Of a stretch of 64,000 nucleotides of DNA, positions 35,901-44,925 are shown piece after piece. Source of the stretch: an uncultured delta proteobacterium (lineage in GTDB: Bacteria > Desulfobacterota > Binatia > Binatales > Binataceae); assembly GCA_963724765.1 (NCBI GenBank), contig CAVRVY010000004.1, forward strand, positions 1,152,001-1,216,000. Reading direction: 5' to 3'. The notes under the pieces were generated by a model that saw only the letters and a list, made by a program, of their open reading frames with translations, was not told where the DNA came from and ran no database searches. Position numbers and translations under genes: made by a program. Position 1 is the stretch's first letter, and each line of letters opens with the position of its first letter.

Positions 35901-36884
35901 CTAAGCGGCGCCGCGCGTTCGCCGGCGGAGAGTTCGAATCGCGCTGGCGAGCTGCTCGCGCTGCCCGGTCCGCTCGATGCGGTTGAGCAGGCTCAGAACC
36001 CGGCGCGGCTCACCAAGGTCGCTCCATTCGAGATTGCTCACCGCAAGCACGGCCAGCGTTTCAGGCGCACGGGCCAGCACGCGTTGGGAAAACTCGATCC
36101 GCGGCAGGTCGCGATAGAGCGATTCGATAGTCCGCCCCTCGAACATCGTGCCCAGCACGGGCCTTACGCTGTGAAAGGCGCCATGCAGCCAAGGCAACGT
36201 TTTCAGAATCAGGCTCAGCAGCGCCGAGACCTTGGCCACCAGGATGAAGCTGTTCCTGTGCGCACCGGCATTCCAGATCGCGCGCGTGGTTTCGGCGGGC
36301 GGTTTTTCCCAGAAACGGCGCACCTCAAATAGCCGTGCCGCCTCGTTGATTATTGGCGCTCCAAGCTCGAACCAGCCATAGCCAGATTCCGGCCGCTCGG
36401 CCGCGACTCCCAGAGCCACCGTGTGCTCCGGAAACTCAGAGACCAGTGCGAAAGCATGCTCCACGTTGCGCATCAACTCCGCGTCGTCGCTGAACCAGTG
36501 GTCGGAGGGGAACACGGCGACCGAGGCCGTGGGATCCGTTTCCGCCAGGCAAAACGCGCCATAGGCGATCGCGGTGGCAGTGCCGCGGTTTTCGGGCTGA
36601 ACCATAAAGTTACGATGCAGGTTGTGATACGGAAGTTCCGCCATCATCGGCGAGAAAAATCGCTCATGCGAGCGGGTCACCACGGTCAGGGTTTGGTCAG
36701 GATTAACCGCCAGGGCGACGCGACGGAGCGTCATTTGCAGCAGAGTTTCCCGCTCCAGGAGCGGGCAGAACTGCTTGGGCACATCATAGCCCAGCCGGCG
36801 GGTCAACGTGCGCAGACGCTGGCCTTCACCTCCGGCCAGAACGATCGCCCATCGATTTTGATTTTGCGTGTCCAGCGTGTCCAT
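35901..36884 (-). CDS. Sugar-phosphate nucleotidyltransferase (mannose-1-phosphate guanylyltransferase-like, no cupin domain)
   Basis: LAGGEGQRL...VPKQF, QPENRGTA, FPSDH, FWEKP and WSDLG; alternative GTG start at 36899. Confidence 0.88.
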   Translation of the reverse strand: MDTLDTQNQNRWAIVLAGGEGQRLRTLTRRLGYDVPKQFCPLLERETLLQMTLRRVALAVNPDQTLTVVTRSHERFFSPMMAELPYHNLHRNFMVQPENRGTATAIAYGAFCLAETDPTASVAVFPSDHWFSDDAELMRNVEHAFALVSEFPEHTVALGVAAERPESGYGWFELGAPIINEAARLFEVRRFWEKPPAETTRAIWNAGAHRNSFILVAKVSALLSLILKTLPWLHGAFHSVRPVLGTMFEGRTIESLYRDLPRIEFSQRVLARAPETLAVLAVSNLEWSDLGEPRRVLSLLNRIERTGQREQLASAIRTLRRRTRGAA

Positions 36885-36932
36885 CTCGATTATGCACACT
36901 ACTGCGTCGCGAGAACGAAGTAGCGCGCAGCG

Positions 36933-36970
36933 ATTACGCTGTGATGAATGATTGATTAATCAATTTTGAC
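36933..36970 (-). promoter_or_regulatory. Pho-box-like array of four 11-bp-phased repeats upstream of the nucleotidyltransferase
   Basis: Minus strand GTCAA-N6-TTAAT-N6-TTCAT-N6-GTAAT (plus-strand pentamer starts 36966, 36955, 36944, 36933). Confidence 0.6.
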
Positions 36971-37019
36971 GGATAGGGCTTGACGGATCGCTGCGTCTTT
37001 AGGCTGGGGCAGCGACGCC

Positions 37020-37478
37020 CTATCGCTGCGGCAACAACGCGATCGCGCGCATCAGCAAATCGCGTGTGCTGAAAGGCTTGGTCACGTAATCATCCGCCCC
37101 CATCGCGAGGCCCAGCGCCTTTTCGGAAGCGCTCGACTTGGCGCTAACGACCATGATTGGCAGCCGTGCGGTTTCCGCCCGCGAGCGCAGCCGCCGGCAA
37201 ATCTCGAGTCCCGGCATCCCGGGCAGCATCAGGTCCAGCACGATCAGGTCGGGCGCGAACGCATGCAGTTTCTCGAGCGCCTCAGCCCCGTCACTCGCCT
37301 CTTCCACTTCGAGTCCTGCCTGCGCGAGGCTGTAGCGAATCAGTTCCCGGATATCGGCCTCATCCTCGACCAGCAGGACCCTGGCTCGAGCGGCCGCCAC
37401 CGCTTGCGCTTTTTCCTCCACCACTGCCGCTGCCTCCGCTCTGTCCGCGAAACTGCCGGAGCGTCTTCGGTAACTCAT
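37020..37478 (-). CDS. Receiver-only response regulator, PhoB/OmpR-like, no DNA-binding domain
   Basis: LVEDE, PDLIVLDLMLPG, LGLAMGADDYVTKPFS; stops right after the receiver domain. Confidence 0.82.
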   Translation of the reverse strand: MSYRRRSGSFADRAEAAAVVEEKAQAVAAARARVLLVEDEADIRELIRYSLAQAGLEVEEASDGAEALEKLHAFAPDLIVLDLMLPGMPGLEICRRLRSRAETARLPIMVVSAKSSASEKALGLAMGADDYVTKPFSTRDLLMRAIALLPQR

Positions 37479-37572
37479 TAGTCAGACAAGTCCGAACCTG
37501 TCGGACCCTCCTGTCGGACTTACTGCCTATTTGAGCCAAACATCGATCGATGATCGGAGTATTCCGGCGGTA

Positions 37573-37599
37573 TTAATGAACGATTAAACCTCAATTCAA
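37573..37599 (+). promoter_or_regulatory. Pho-box-like array of three 11-bp-phased repeats upstream of the CYTH-like gene
   Basis: TTAAT (37573), TTAAA (37584), TTCAA (37595). Confidence 0.5.
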
Positions 37600-37667
37600 A
37601 CAGGAGGTTCCTCGCGCGCTGGCGAACGCTAAAGCTGTGGGTAACAATTGCTCCGGAGAGACCGACG

Positions 37668-38285
37668 ATGCCGTTTTCCCAATCAAAGACTGCGGGCGAG
37701 GCCACCGGGCCTCGCTATGAATTCAGGATCTGGACTGCGTCGCTCGCGGAAGTGAAAGGGCGGCTGGAAAAACTCTCAAGGCCGCAGCCAGCCGAGCAAA
37801 CACGTGAGACTTACATCGTCTCGGACGCGACCGATGACACGAACACAAAAATCAGGGCCGGGGCGATCGATATCAAGGTCCTGCTGCGCACGCATCTGAA
37901 TCTGGAGCAATGGAAGCCCTATCTGAAGACGGAATTTCCGATCGACACGACGCTCATCGCGGAAAAGATCTTCCCGGCCCTACGCGTCGATCCGCCAGAA
38001 TTGCGCCCGCAGCTTTTCACTGCCGAAGTCTTCGTGGATACCGTGGTGAAACAGCATCCCCGGCTCGCCGCGGTTGAGCTCGGAAAGGTCAGGCGCCGCT
38101 ACGTGCTCGGCGGATGCGCGGGGGAGTTCGTCGAAGTCGAAATTGGCGGCCGCGTGATGCACAGCGTCGCGGTCGAGTCCGCCAGTCCGCGCGCCGTCCT
38201 GGACGCCGTAGACGAACTGGCGATTGGCGGCTACCCGAACATCAGCTACGTGCGGCAGATCAAATCTATCCTCGGACGCGGCTAG
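37668..38285 (+). CDS. Putative CYTH/triphosphate-tunnel-like protein
   Basis: N-terminal YEFR, ETYIVS, NTKIR, K.RRRY and C-terminal VAVES/ISY pattern resembling the CYTH fold. Confidence 0.55.
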   Translation: MPFSQSKTAGEATGPRYEFRIWTASLAEVKGRLEKLSRPQPAEQTRETYIVSDATDDTNTKIRAGAIDIKVLLRTHLNLEQWKPYLKTEFPIDTTLIAEKIFPALRVDPPELRPQLFTAEVFVDTVVKQHPRLAAVELGKVRRRYVLGGCAGEFVEVEIGGRVMHSVAVESASPRAVLDAVDELAIGGYPNISYVRQIKSILGRG

Positions 38286-38291
38286 CGCGCG

Positions 38292-39677
38292 TTATTCTAC
38301 CGGCGGACGTTGATCGCGCCACGGCCGCGCCTCCTCGAAGGCCGCGGCGAGCGCGATAATGCCGAGTTCGCCGGCGGGCCGGCCTATTATCTGCAACCCG
38401 ATCGGCAACCCCGACCTGGTAAACCCGTTGGGCAGCGAGAAGGCCGGTTGGCCGGTGGCGTTGAACGGAAACGTGAACTGGATAAACGGGTAGAGTTGTT
38501 CGTCGAACTTTTCGGTCGGCAGGCCGAGCCGGGGCGCCGCACTGGGCAACGTCGGCGCGAGGATCGCGTCGTAGGGCGCCAAAGCCTGCACGATCTCGCG
38601 CGAGGTGTTGTGCATCCGTGCCACCGCTCCCAGGTAGTCGGTGGCGGAAAGACGTTTGCCGGCCTCCCACGCCCGGCGCACCACCGGGTCCATCGCGTCG
38701 GGCTCCTTGATCGGCACCGTCGCGATGCCAGCGCTGATCGCGATACGCGTGTAGTCGGCCAGGCGCTTAGCCGGATCGACGTCGACCGGATCGACGCTGT
38801 GGCCCATCGCGCGAAAGACTTCGCAGGCGCGATCCAGCGCGGCGCGAATCTCGGCGTCAACCGGGCCGAGCGCGCTTTCCGCGATCAGTCCGAGCCGCAG
38901 CCGCTGTGGCCGATCCGTCACGGCGCTCACGAAGGGTTTGGCTGGCGGCGGCGCCCAGTAAGGATCGCCCAGCGCCGGACCAGCCATCACGTCGAGCATC
39001 AACGCTATGTCGCGCACCGAACGCGCGATCGGTCCCTCGGTCGCAAACCCGGCCCATCCCTCGCCCATCACCGGAGCAAAGCTGATACGTCCGCGCGAGG
39101 GCTTCAGCCCGACCACGCCACAGCACGCCGCCGGTATGCGAATCGAGCCGCCGCCGTCTGTGCCTTCGGCCAGCGGACCCATCCCGGCCGCGACCTGCGC
39201 CGCGGCGCCGCCGCTGGAGCCGCCGGCGCTATATTCGAGGTTCCACGGATTGTGCGCCGGCGGGCAGAGGCCGCCCTCGGTGGTCGGACGGCCGCCGAGT
39301 TCGGGCGTGGTGGTTTTGCCGAGCAGGATTCCGCCCGCGTTGCGCAAGCGCACTGCTAACTCGGCGTCTGCACGCGGGCGAAAGTTCTCGTAGTTCTTCG
39401 AGCCCATCGTGGTGCGGATGTCGCGCGTCCAGGTCAGATCCTTGAGCGAGTAGGCGACGCCATAAAGCGGCATCGCGGCGGCTTCGTCGGCGCTCGCACT
39501 CTCCAGGCGTGCCGCGTCGGCGAGCGCGCGCTCGGCGGCGACGGTCATGAAGGCGCCGAGTTTGGGATTGAGCCGTTCGATTCGAGCCAGATAGAATTCC
39601 GCAACCTCGCGCGGGCGAAGCTCTTTTTTGAGCACCAGTTCACGCAACTCCGAGGCTTCGATATACGCGTCAATCAT
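38292..39677 (-). CDS. Amidase signature family protein
   Basis: LKD, GGSSGG, GTDGGGSIRIPA, GLKPSRG and GLPIGLQ. Confidence 0.93.
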   Translation of the reverse strand: MIDAYIEASELRELVLKKELRPREVAEFYLARIERLNPKLGAFMTVAAERALADAARLESASADEAAAMPLYGVAYSLKDLTWTRDIRTTMGSKNYENFRPRADAELAVRLRNAGGILLGKTTTPELGGRPTTEGGLCPPAHNPWNLEYSAGGSSGGAAAQVAAGMGPLAEGTDGGGSIRIPAACCGVVGLKPSRGRISFAPVMGEGWAGFATEGPIARSVRDIALMLDVMAGPALGDPYWAPPPAKPFVSAVTDRPQRLRLGLIAESALGPVDAEIRAALDRACEVFRAMGHSVDPVDVDPAKRLADYTRIAISAGIATVPIKEPDAMDPVVRRAWEAGKRLSATDYLGAVARMHNTSREIVQALAPYDAILAPTLPSAAPRLGLPTEKFDEQLYPFIQFTFPFNATGQPAFSLPNGFTRSGLPIGLQIIGRPAGELGIIALAAAFEEARPWRDQRPPVE

Positions 39678-39929
39678 CTTTCACATTCCTCTTTCCAGCA
39701 ACATTTCCGGCGCGGCTCCGATATCGCCGCTTTGGGGATTGGAAAGCGAACCGCGCACCGACTAACGAGACCGTTCAAGCCGCGCTCTTTATTCTTGTGT
39801 TAGTGCAAAATCCCGATTTCAACAATACTCGCGCCTTCGCTAGTGTGAGATGCGACGCAGACGCTGCGCGAAACGCTTACGCGCGAAGCCTACGGAGGTA
39901 GGGCCGGCGTGCGCACCGGCCGGCCGACG

Positions 39930-40382
39930 ATGCTCAGAACCACCTTCTTATGGATTCACGTGCTCTGCGGCGCAATCTGGGTCGCCGTCAGCTTGAGCTT
40001 CGTGCTGGCCGCCGGCGCTTCCACCGAGACCGAGCACGAGGGGTTCGCCGCGCGCGTCGCGCCGGTGCTCAATCGGCTGAACCTGGCCGCGATCGTGCTT
40101 CTGCCGCTAAGCGGAATCGCGAACCTTATCTTTGTCGCACGCGAGCATCAGTTCAAACTTCCCGCAGCCTTCGTGGAGGTGTTGGGCGCGAAATTGCTGC
40201 TGCTGTGCGGGATGGCGGCCGCGTTGGCGATCGCATGGGGAACGGCGGCGAGGCTTGGCTCGGGCGCGCCGCCTGGCGCATCGAACGCCAGCGAACGGCG
40301 GCTCTTGTGGCTTTACGGCGCGATGGCCGCGATGGGCGCGGTCGCGCTGATGCTCGGTTTGTGGCTGGCGGGAAGCGCGTGA
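39930..40382 (+). CDS. Hypothetical 4-TM membrane protein (CopD/DUF2269-like)
   Basis: WIHVLCGAIWV N-terminal His motif; LGAKLLLL; stop codon abuts the next ATG. Confidence 0.6.
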   Translation: MLRTTFLWIHVLCGAIWVAVSLSFVLAAGASTETEHEGFAARVAPVLNRLNLAAIVLLPLSGIANLIFVAREHQFKLPAAFVEVLGAKLLLLCGMAAALAIAWGTAARLGSGAPPGASNASERRLLWLYGAMAAMGAVALMLGLWLAGSA

Positions 40383-41282
40383 ATGGAGATAGCGAAAGTG
40401 TCAGTGAAAAAAATCAACGTCGGCGAATTCGAGATCGCGATGCTCAGCGATGGTCTGTGGCGCAACGACGGCGGATGCATGTTCGGCGTGGTGCCGCGCG
40501 AGCTATGGCAGCGCGACCATCCTGCCGACGACCGCAACCGCATCCGACTCAACCTCACGTGCCCGCTCATCATGCGCGGCGGCGCCGCGGTGCTGGTCGA
40601 CACCGGAATTGGCAACCGGCTGAGTTCGGTCGAGCGCAAGATTTTCGATCACGGCGAGGGCTGGCTTCCCGAGGGGCTCAAGGCGCTCGGGATGGAGCCG
40701 GGTGACGTGACGCACGTCGTGCTCTCGCATCTGCACTTCGACCACTGCGGGGGGATCGTGCGGCGGCGGCCGTCGGGCGTGCTGGAGGCGGCGTTCCCGC
40801 GGGCCAGGGTGATGGTGCAGCGGGGCGAACTGGAAATCGCTCACGGATCGCGCAATGAACGATTGCGGGCCGCGTATCGTCACATAGAGGAGTGTCTTGC
40901 GCCGCTGCAAAATGCGTTGGAAGCGCTTGAGGGCGACACCGAGTTGATGTCGGGATTGGACATCCGGGTGACCGGCGGCCACACCTCCGATCATCAAATT
41001 GTGCAAGTGCGCGCCGAAGACGGCGGATGCTTCGTGCATCTGGCGGACATCGTGCCAACCCGCTCGCACATGAAAGGTCCGTGGAACCAGGCTTACGATC
41101 TCGATGCGCTGCGCACGATGGAGGTCAAGGCGGACTATCTGGGGCGCGCGGTCGCGGGCGGATGGTGGGTGTCGTTCGCGCACGACGATCGAGTGCTGGC
41201 GGCGCAAGTGCGCAACGATCGTGGACGGCTCGCGCTGGGTGAGTCGATCCCGATGCCGTCGCTGGAGCGGGGGCGAGAGTAA
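40383..41282 (+). CDS. MBL-fold metallo-hydrolase (YtnP-like)
   Basis: DGGCMFGVVP, VDTGIG, SHLHFDHCGG, GGHT and FAHD. Confidence 0.92.
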   Translation: MEIAKVSVKKINVGEFEIAMLSDGLWRNDGGCMFGVVPRELWQRDHPADDRNRIRLNLTCPLIMRGGAAVLVDTGIGNRLSSVERKIFDHGEGWLPEGLKALGMEPGDVTHVVLSHLHFDHCGGIVRRRPSGVLEAAFPRARVMVQRGELEIAHGSRNERLRAAYRHIEECLAPLQNALEALEGDTELMSGLDIRVTGGHTSDHQIVQVRAEDGGCFVHLADIVPTRSHMKGPWNQAYDLDALRTMEVKADYLGRAVAGGWWVSFAHDDRVLAAQVRNDRGRLALGESIPMPSLERGRE

Positions 41283-41537
41283 GGCAAAGGTTGATATTTT
41301 CGAGGCGAAGTGCGGCCTTTGTGAGAGGCTATCGCATCGTCGCGTTACAGTGGATAATCTTATTGTTGTGGACAACTGGCTTCGCGAGGTGGATTTAGGC
41401 GAGGCTGCGCATTGATCGCGTCGCGAGTTCGGTTATGCTCAATCGCATAGGATGCGCATCAACCAAAGAATCGTCCTGCCCGTTTTCTCTTCGAACGAAC
41501 ATTCTCCCTAGGTGTCTGCTCAACAAGGAGTCTGCTG

Positions 41538-43472
41538 ATGACCGCAGTTAACGACTTTGAGCGCGTGATCAAGCAAGACCGGGCCTCGCGCGAATCGAAG
41601 CAGTGGCGCGGAACGCTGCTCGAATACTTCGAGATCGTGAAGGCCGATCCTACGTTCACCAAGCTTTCTCACGCGCGTGTCTATGACCTGATCATCTCGA
41701 GCGGCATGCATAATATCCAGGAAGCCGACGATCCGCGCACCAAACGGCTCTACAAGGACGAGCCGGTGAAGGTCTACCACTTCTTCGCCGACGAGTTCTT
41801 CGGTATCGAACGCACCATCGCTCAGCTCGTGCGCTACTTCCACTCGGCCTCGCTCAAGGGCGAGGAGAGCCGCCAGGTGCTGTACCTGATGGGCCCGGTG
41901 GGTTCGGGCAAGAGCTCGCTGGTCGAGCGCGTCCAGCGCGGCCTCGAGCAGGCGAGCCCCGTGTACGCGATCGAGGGCTGCCCGATGCATGAGGAGCCGC
42001 TGCATCTGGTCCCGCGCCACCTCAGGCGCGAATTCGAGAAGATGCTCGGCGTGCACATCGAGGGCGACCTGTGTCCGGTGTGCCGCTATCGGCTCAAGGA
42101 AGAGTTCGGACAGCGCTACGAGGAAGTGCCGATCGAAACCCGGAGCTTCTCCAAGCGCAACCGCATCGGAATTGGCGTGGTGCCGCCGGTCGATCCCAAC
42201 AACCAGGACACCTCGGTGCTGATCGGATCGGAGGACATCTCCAAGCTCGACCAGTACTCCGAGGGCGATCCGCGGGTGCTCGAGCTCAACGGCGCGCTCA
42301 ACGTCGGCAACCGCGGACTGGTCGAGTTCATCGAGGTGTTCAAGAACGAGACCGAGTATCTGCACGCGATGATCACGGCGACGCAGGAAAAAGTCATCCC
42401 GGCGCCCGGCCGCCATGGCATGGTCTACGTCGACACCTGCATCCTGGCCCACTCCAACGAGGCCGAGTGGCAAAAGTTCAAGGCCGACCACACCAACGAG
42501 GCGATCCTCGATCGTATCGTGGTAATCAAGGTGCCGTACAATTTGCGGCTGTCCGAGGAAGTGAAGATCTACCAGAAGATCATCCGTAACTCGGACTTCC
42601 GCGCCCACGTCGCGCCGCACACGCTGGAGCTGGCCTCGATGTTCGCGATCCTGTCGCGGCTCGAACCGACCTCCAAGTGCGATCTGATGACCAAGCTGCG
42701 CCTGTACAACGGCGAAGAAGTGGTCGAAAAGGGGCGGACCAAGAAGATCGACGTGGCGGAGCTCAAGGAAGACGCCAAGCGCGAAGGGATGTCGGGAATC
42801 TCGACCCGCTTCATCATGAAGGCGCTGGACAACGCGCTCTCCGACAACGTCAGCGGCAACTGCATCAATCCGATCAACGTGCGCGAGGCGCTGATCGGGA
42901 TGGTCAAGGAGGGCGATCTGCCCGACGACAGCCGCAAGCAGTACCTCGAGTTCCTCCAGGATACGTTACACAAGGAGTACCTCGATCTGCTCGAGAAGGA
43001 GATCACGCGCGCCTTTGTTTACTCCTACCAGGAGCAGGCCGAGGCGCTGTTCCAGAACTATCTCGACCACGCCGAGGCCTACGTCAACAAGACCAAGGTG
43101 CGCGACCGCAACACCAAGGAAGAGCTGCCGCCGGACGAGGGCTTCCTGAAATCGATCGAGGAGCAGATAGCGATCATCGGCTCGACCGCCGACGGTTTCC
43201 GCCAGGAAGTGATCGCATACCTGTGGTCGACCTCGCGGCGCGGTGAAAAAGTCAGCTACCGCAGCTACGAGCCGCTCAAAGAGGCGATCGAGAAGAAGCT
43301 TATGACCTCCGTGCGCGACATCTCGCGGATCATCACCAAGGCTCGCACGCGTGACGAGGAGCAGGCCGAGAAGTACGGCGCGATGGTGCGCAACCTGCTG
43401 GAGAACGGCTACTGCGAATCGTGCGTCGACGTGGTGCTCAAGTACGCCGCCAACAATCTCTGGAAAGATTGA
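41538..43472 (+). CDS. prkA: PrkA/YeaG-family AAA+ serine protein kinase
   Basis: Walker A GPVGSGKS, CPMHEEPL, GNRGLVEFIEVFK, AHSNEAEW, VPYNLR and EGMSGISTRF; AAGGAG RBS. Confidence 0.96.
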   Translation: MTAVNDFERVIKQDRASRESKQWRGTLLEYFEIVKADPTFTKLSHARVYDLIISSGMHNIQEADDPRTKRLYKDEPVKVYHFFADEFFGIERTIAQLVRYFHSASLKGEESRQVLYLMGPVGSGKSSLVERVQRGLEQASPVYAIEGCPMHEEPLHLVPRHLRREFEKMLGVHIEGDLCPVCRYRLKEEFGQRYEEVPIETRSFSKRNRIGIGVVPPVDPNNQDTSVLIGSEDISKLDQYSEGDPRVLELNGALNVGNRGLVEFIEVFKNETEYLHAMITATQEKVIPAPGRHGMVYVDTCILAHSNEAEWQKFKADHTNEAILDRIVVIKVPYNLRLSEEVKIYQKIIRNSDFRAHVAPHTLELASMFAILSRLEPTSKCDLMTKLRLYNGEEVVEKGRTKKIDVAELKEDAKREGMSGISTRFIMKALDNALSDNVSGNCINPINVREALIGMVKEGDLPDDSRKQYLEFLQDTLHKEYLDLLEKEITRAFVYSYQEQAEALFQNYLDHAEAYVNKTKVRDRNTKEELPPDEGFLKSIEEQIAIIGSTADGFRQEVIAYLWSTSRRGEKVSYRSYEPLKEAIEKKLMTSVRDISRIITKARTRDEEQAEKYGAMVRNLLENGYCESCVDVVLKYAANNLWKD

Positions 43473-43582
43473 GATTGGCGGCGCTCGGCGGCCAGGAGAA
43501 CATGTCTGAAATCCGCATTGCTGCGGCAGGCCGACGCTCGGGTCACGGTCGGGTGATGTAGTTAAACCGGGCGCGCGCGCCG

Positions 43583-43588
43583 TATAAT
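43583..43588 (+). promoter_or_regulatory. Possible internal sigma70 -10 element TATAAT upstream of yeaH
   Basis: Perfect TATAAT in a 152-bp GC-rich intergenic gap; -35 element weak. Confidence 0.3.
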
Positions 43589-43624
43589 TCGTAGCGGAGG
43601 AGGAGGAACCCGCGAGGACCGAAA

Positions 43625-44872
43625 ATGGCTCTCGAAAGCATCTTTCGCGAATACAGCCGCTCCGACGCGGAGCACTCCGACCGCTCGGCTGGCGATCGTG
43701 CGCGGCATCGCCAGAAGGTCCGCGAGTCGATCCGCGAAAATATCGCGGACATCATCGCGGAAGAATCGATCATCGGCAAAGACCGCGACCGCGTGATCAA
43801 GGTTCCGCTCCGCGGCATCAAGGAGTACCGCTTCATATACGGCGAGAACGCGCCCGGCGCTGGCCAGGGCCAGGGCGACACGCGCCCCGGCCAGGTCGTG
43901 GGCAAGACCGGCAAGGATGGCCAGGGCAAGGGCGACGGCCAGGCCGGCGACCGCCCCGGCATCGATTACTACGAGACCGATGTCACGCTAGACGAACTGA
44001 TCGAGATCATGTTCGAGGATCTCGAACTGCCCAATCTTGAGCGGCGCGCGCTGCGCCAGATTCCCTCCGACCGCTCCTTCAAGCGCAAGGGCTACCGGCA
44101 CGTCGGCATCCGTATCCGGCTCGACAAGCGGCGCACGGCGCGCCAGCGCGTGATGCGGATTCTCGCCGCGCGCCATCGCCATGCGGCCGAGCGCGCGCTC
44201 GAGGTGGCGGAGGCCGCGGAACTCGAGGCCGATACCGGCGGCGAGGAAGAAGAAGCGCAAGAGCGGCGCTTCCCCTTTCACCAGGACGATCTGCGCTACC
44301 GCCACGTCGAGACTGACACCAAGGAAGAGTCCAATGCGGTCGTGATGTGCATCATGGACACCTCGGGCTCGATGGACACGATGAAGAAGTATCTGGCGAG
44401 GAGCTTCTTCTTCATGCTCTACCAGTTCATCGCGACGCGCTATCGCAACGTCGAAATCGTCTTCATCGCCCATCATACGGAGGCCCGCGAGGTCACCGAG
44501 GAAGAGTTCTTTCACAAGGGCGAGGGCGGCGGTACCTTCATTTCATCGGGCTATTTGAAGGCGCTCGAGATCATCAACGAGCGCTACCATCCCTCGCTGT
44601 GGAACATCTACGCCTTTCACTGTTCCGACGGCGACAACTTCGACTCCGACAATCCGGCGGCGCTCAAGTCGGCCAAGGAATTGTCCGAGCTCTGTAACCT
44701 GTTCGGCTACGGCGAGATCAAACCGCTGGGATCGCGCTACTATGAATCGTCGATGCTCAACGTGTTCCGGCGGCTCGAGGCATCCAACTTCCACTCGGTG
44801 CTGATCGAACGCAAGGAGGACATCTGGCCCTCCTTCAAGGCCTTTCTCGCCAAAGATCGGATTAAAGAATAG
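43625..44872 (+). CDS. yeaH: YeaH/YhbH (DUF444, vWA-like) protein
   Basis: DRARHRQKV, Gly-rich linker, DDLRY, MIDAS-like MDTSGSM, FHKGEGGGT and HCSDGDN. Confidence 0.95.
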   Translation: MALESIFREYSRSDAEHSDRSAGDRARHRQKVRESIRENIADIIAEESIIGKDRDRVIKVPLRGIKEYRFIYGENAPGAGQGQGDTRPGQVVGKTGKDGQGKGDGQAGDRPGIDYYETDVTLDELIEIMFEDLELPNLERRALRQIPSDRSFKRKGYRHVGIRIRLDKRRTARQRVMRILAARHRHAAERALEVAEAAELEADTGGEEEEAQERRFPFHQDDLRYRHVETDTKEESNAVVMCIMDTSGSMDTMKKYLARSFFFMLYQFIATRYRNVEIVFIAHHTEAREVTEEEFFHKGEGGGTFISSGYLKALEIINERYHPSLWNIYAFHCSDGDNFDSDNPAALKSAKELSELCNLFGYGEIKPLGSRYYESSMLNVFRRLEASNFHSVLIERKEDIWPSFKAFLAKDRIKE

Positions 44873-44925
44873 TTCGAATTAAAGGATAGATCGGATCAAG
44901 GATATAGTTCAGACCGAAACCTAAG

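Noticed and set aside
41283-41537. Possible replication origin
   Set aside because: Only two imperfect DnaA boxes, no extended unwinding element, and no dnaA/dnaN/gidA/parAB context.
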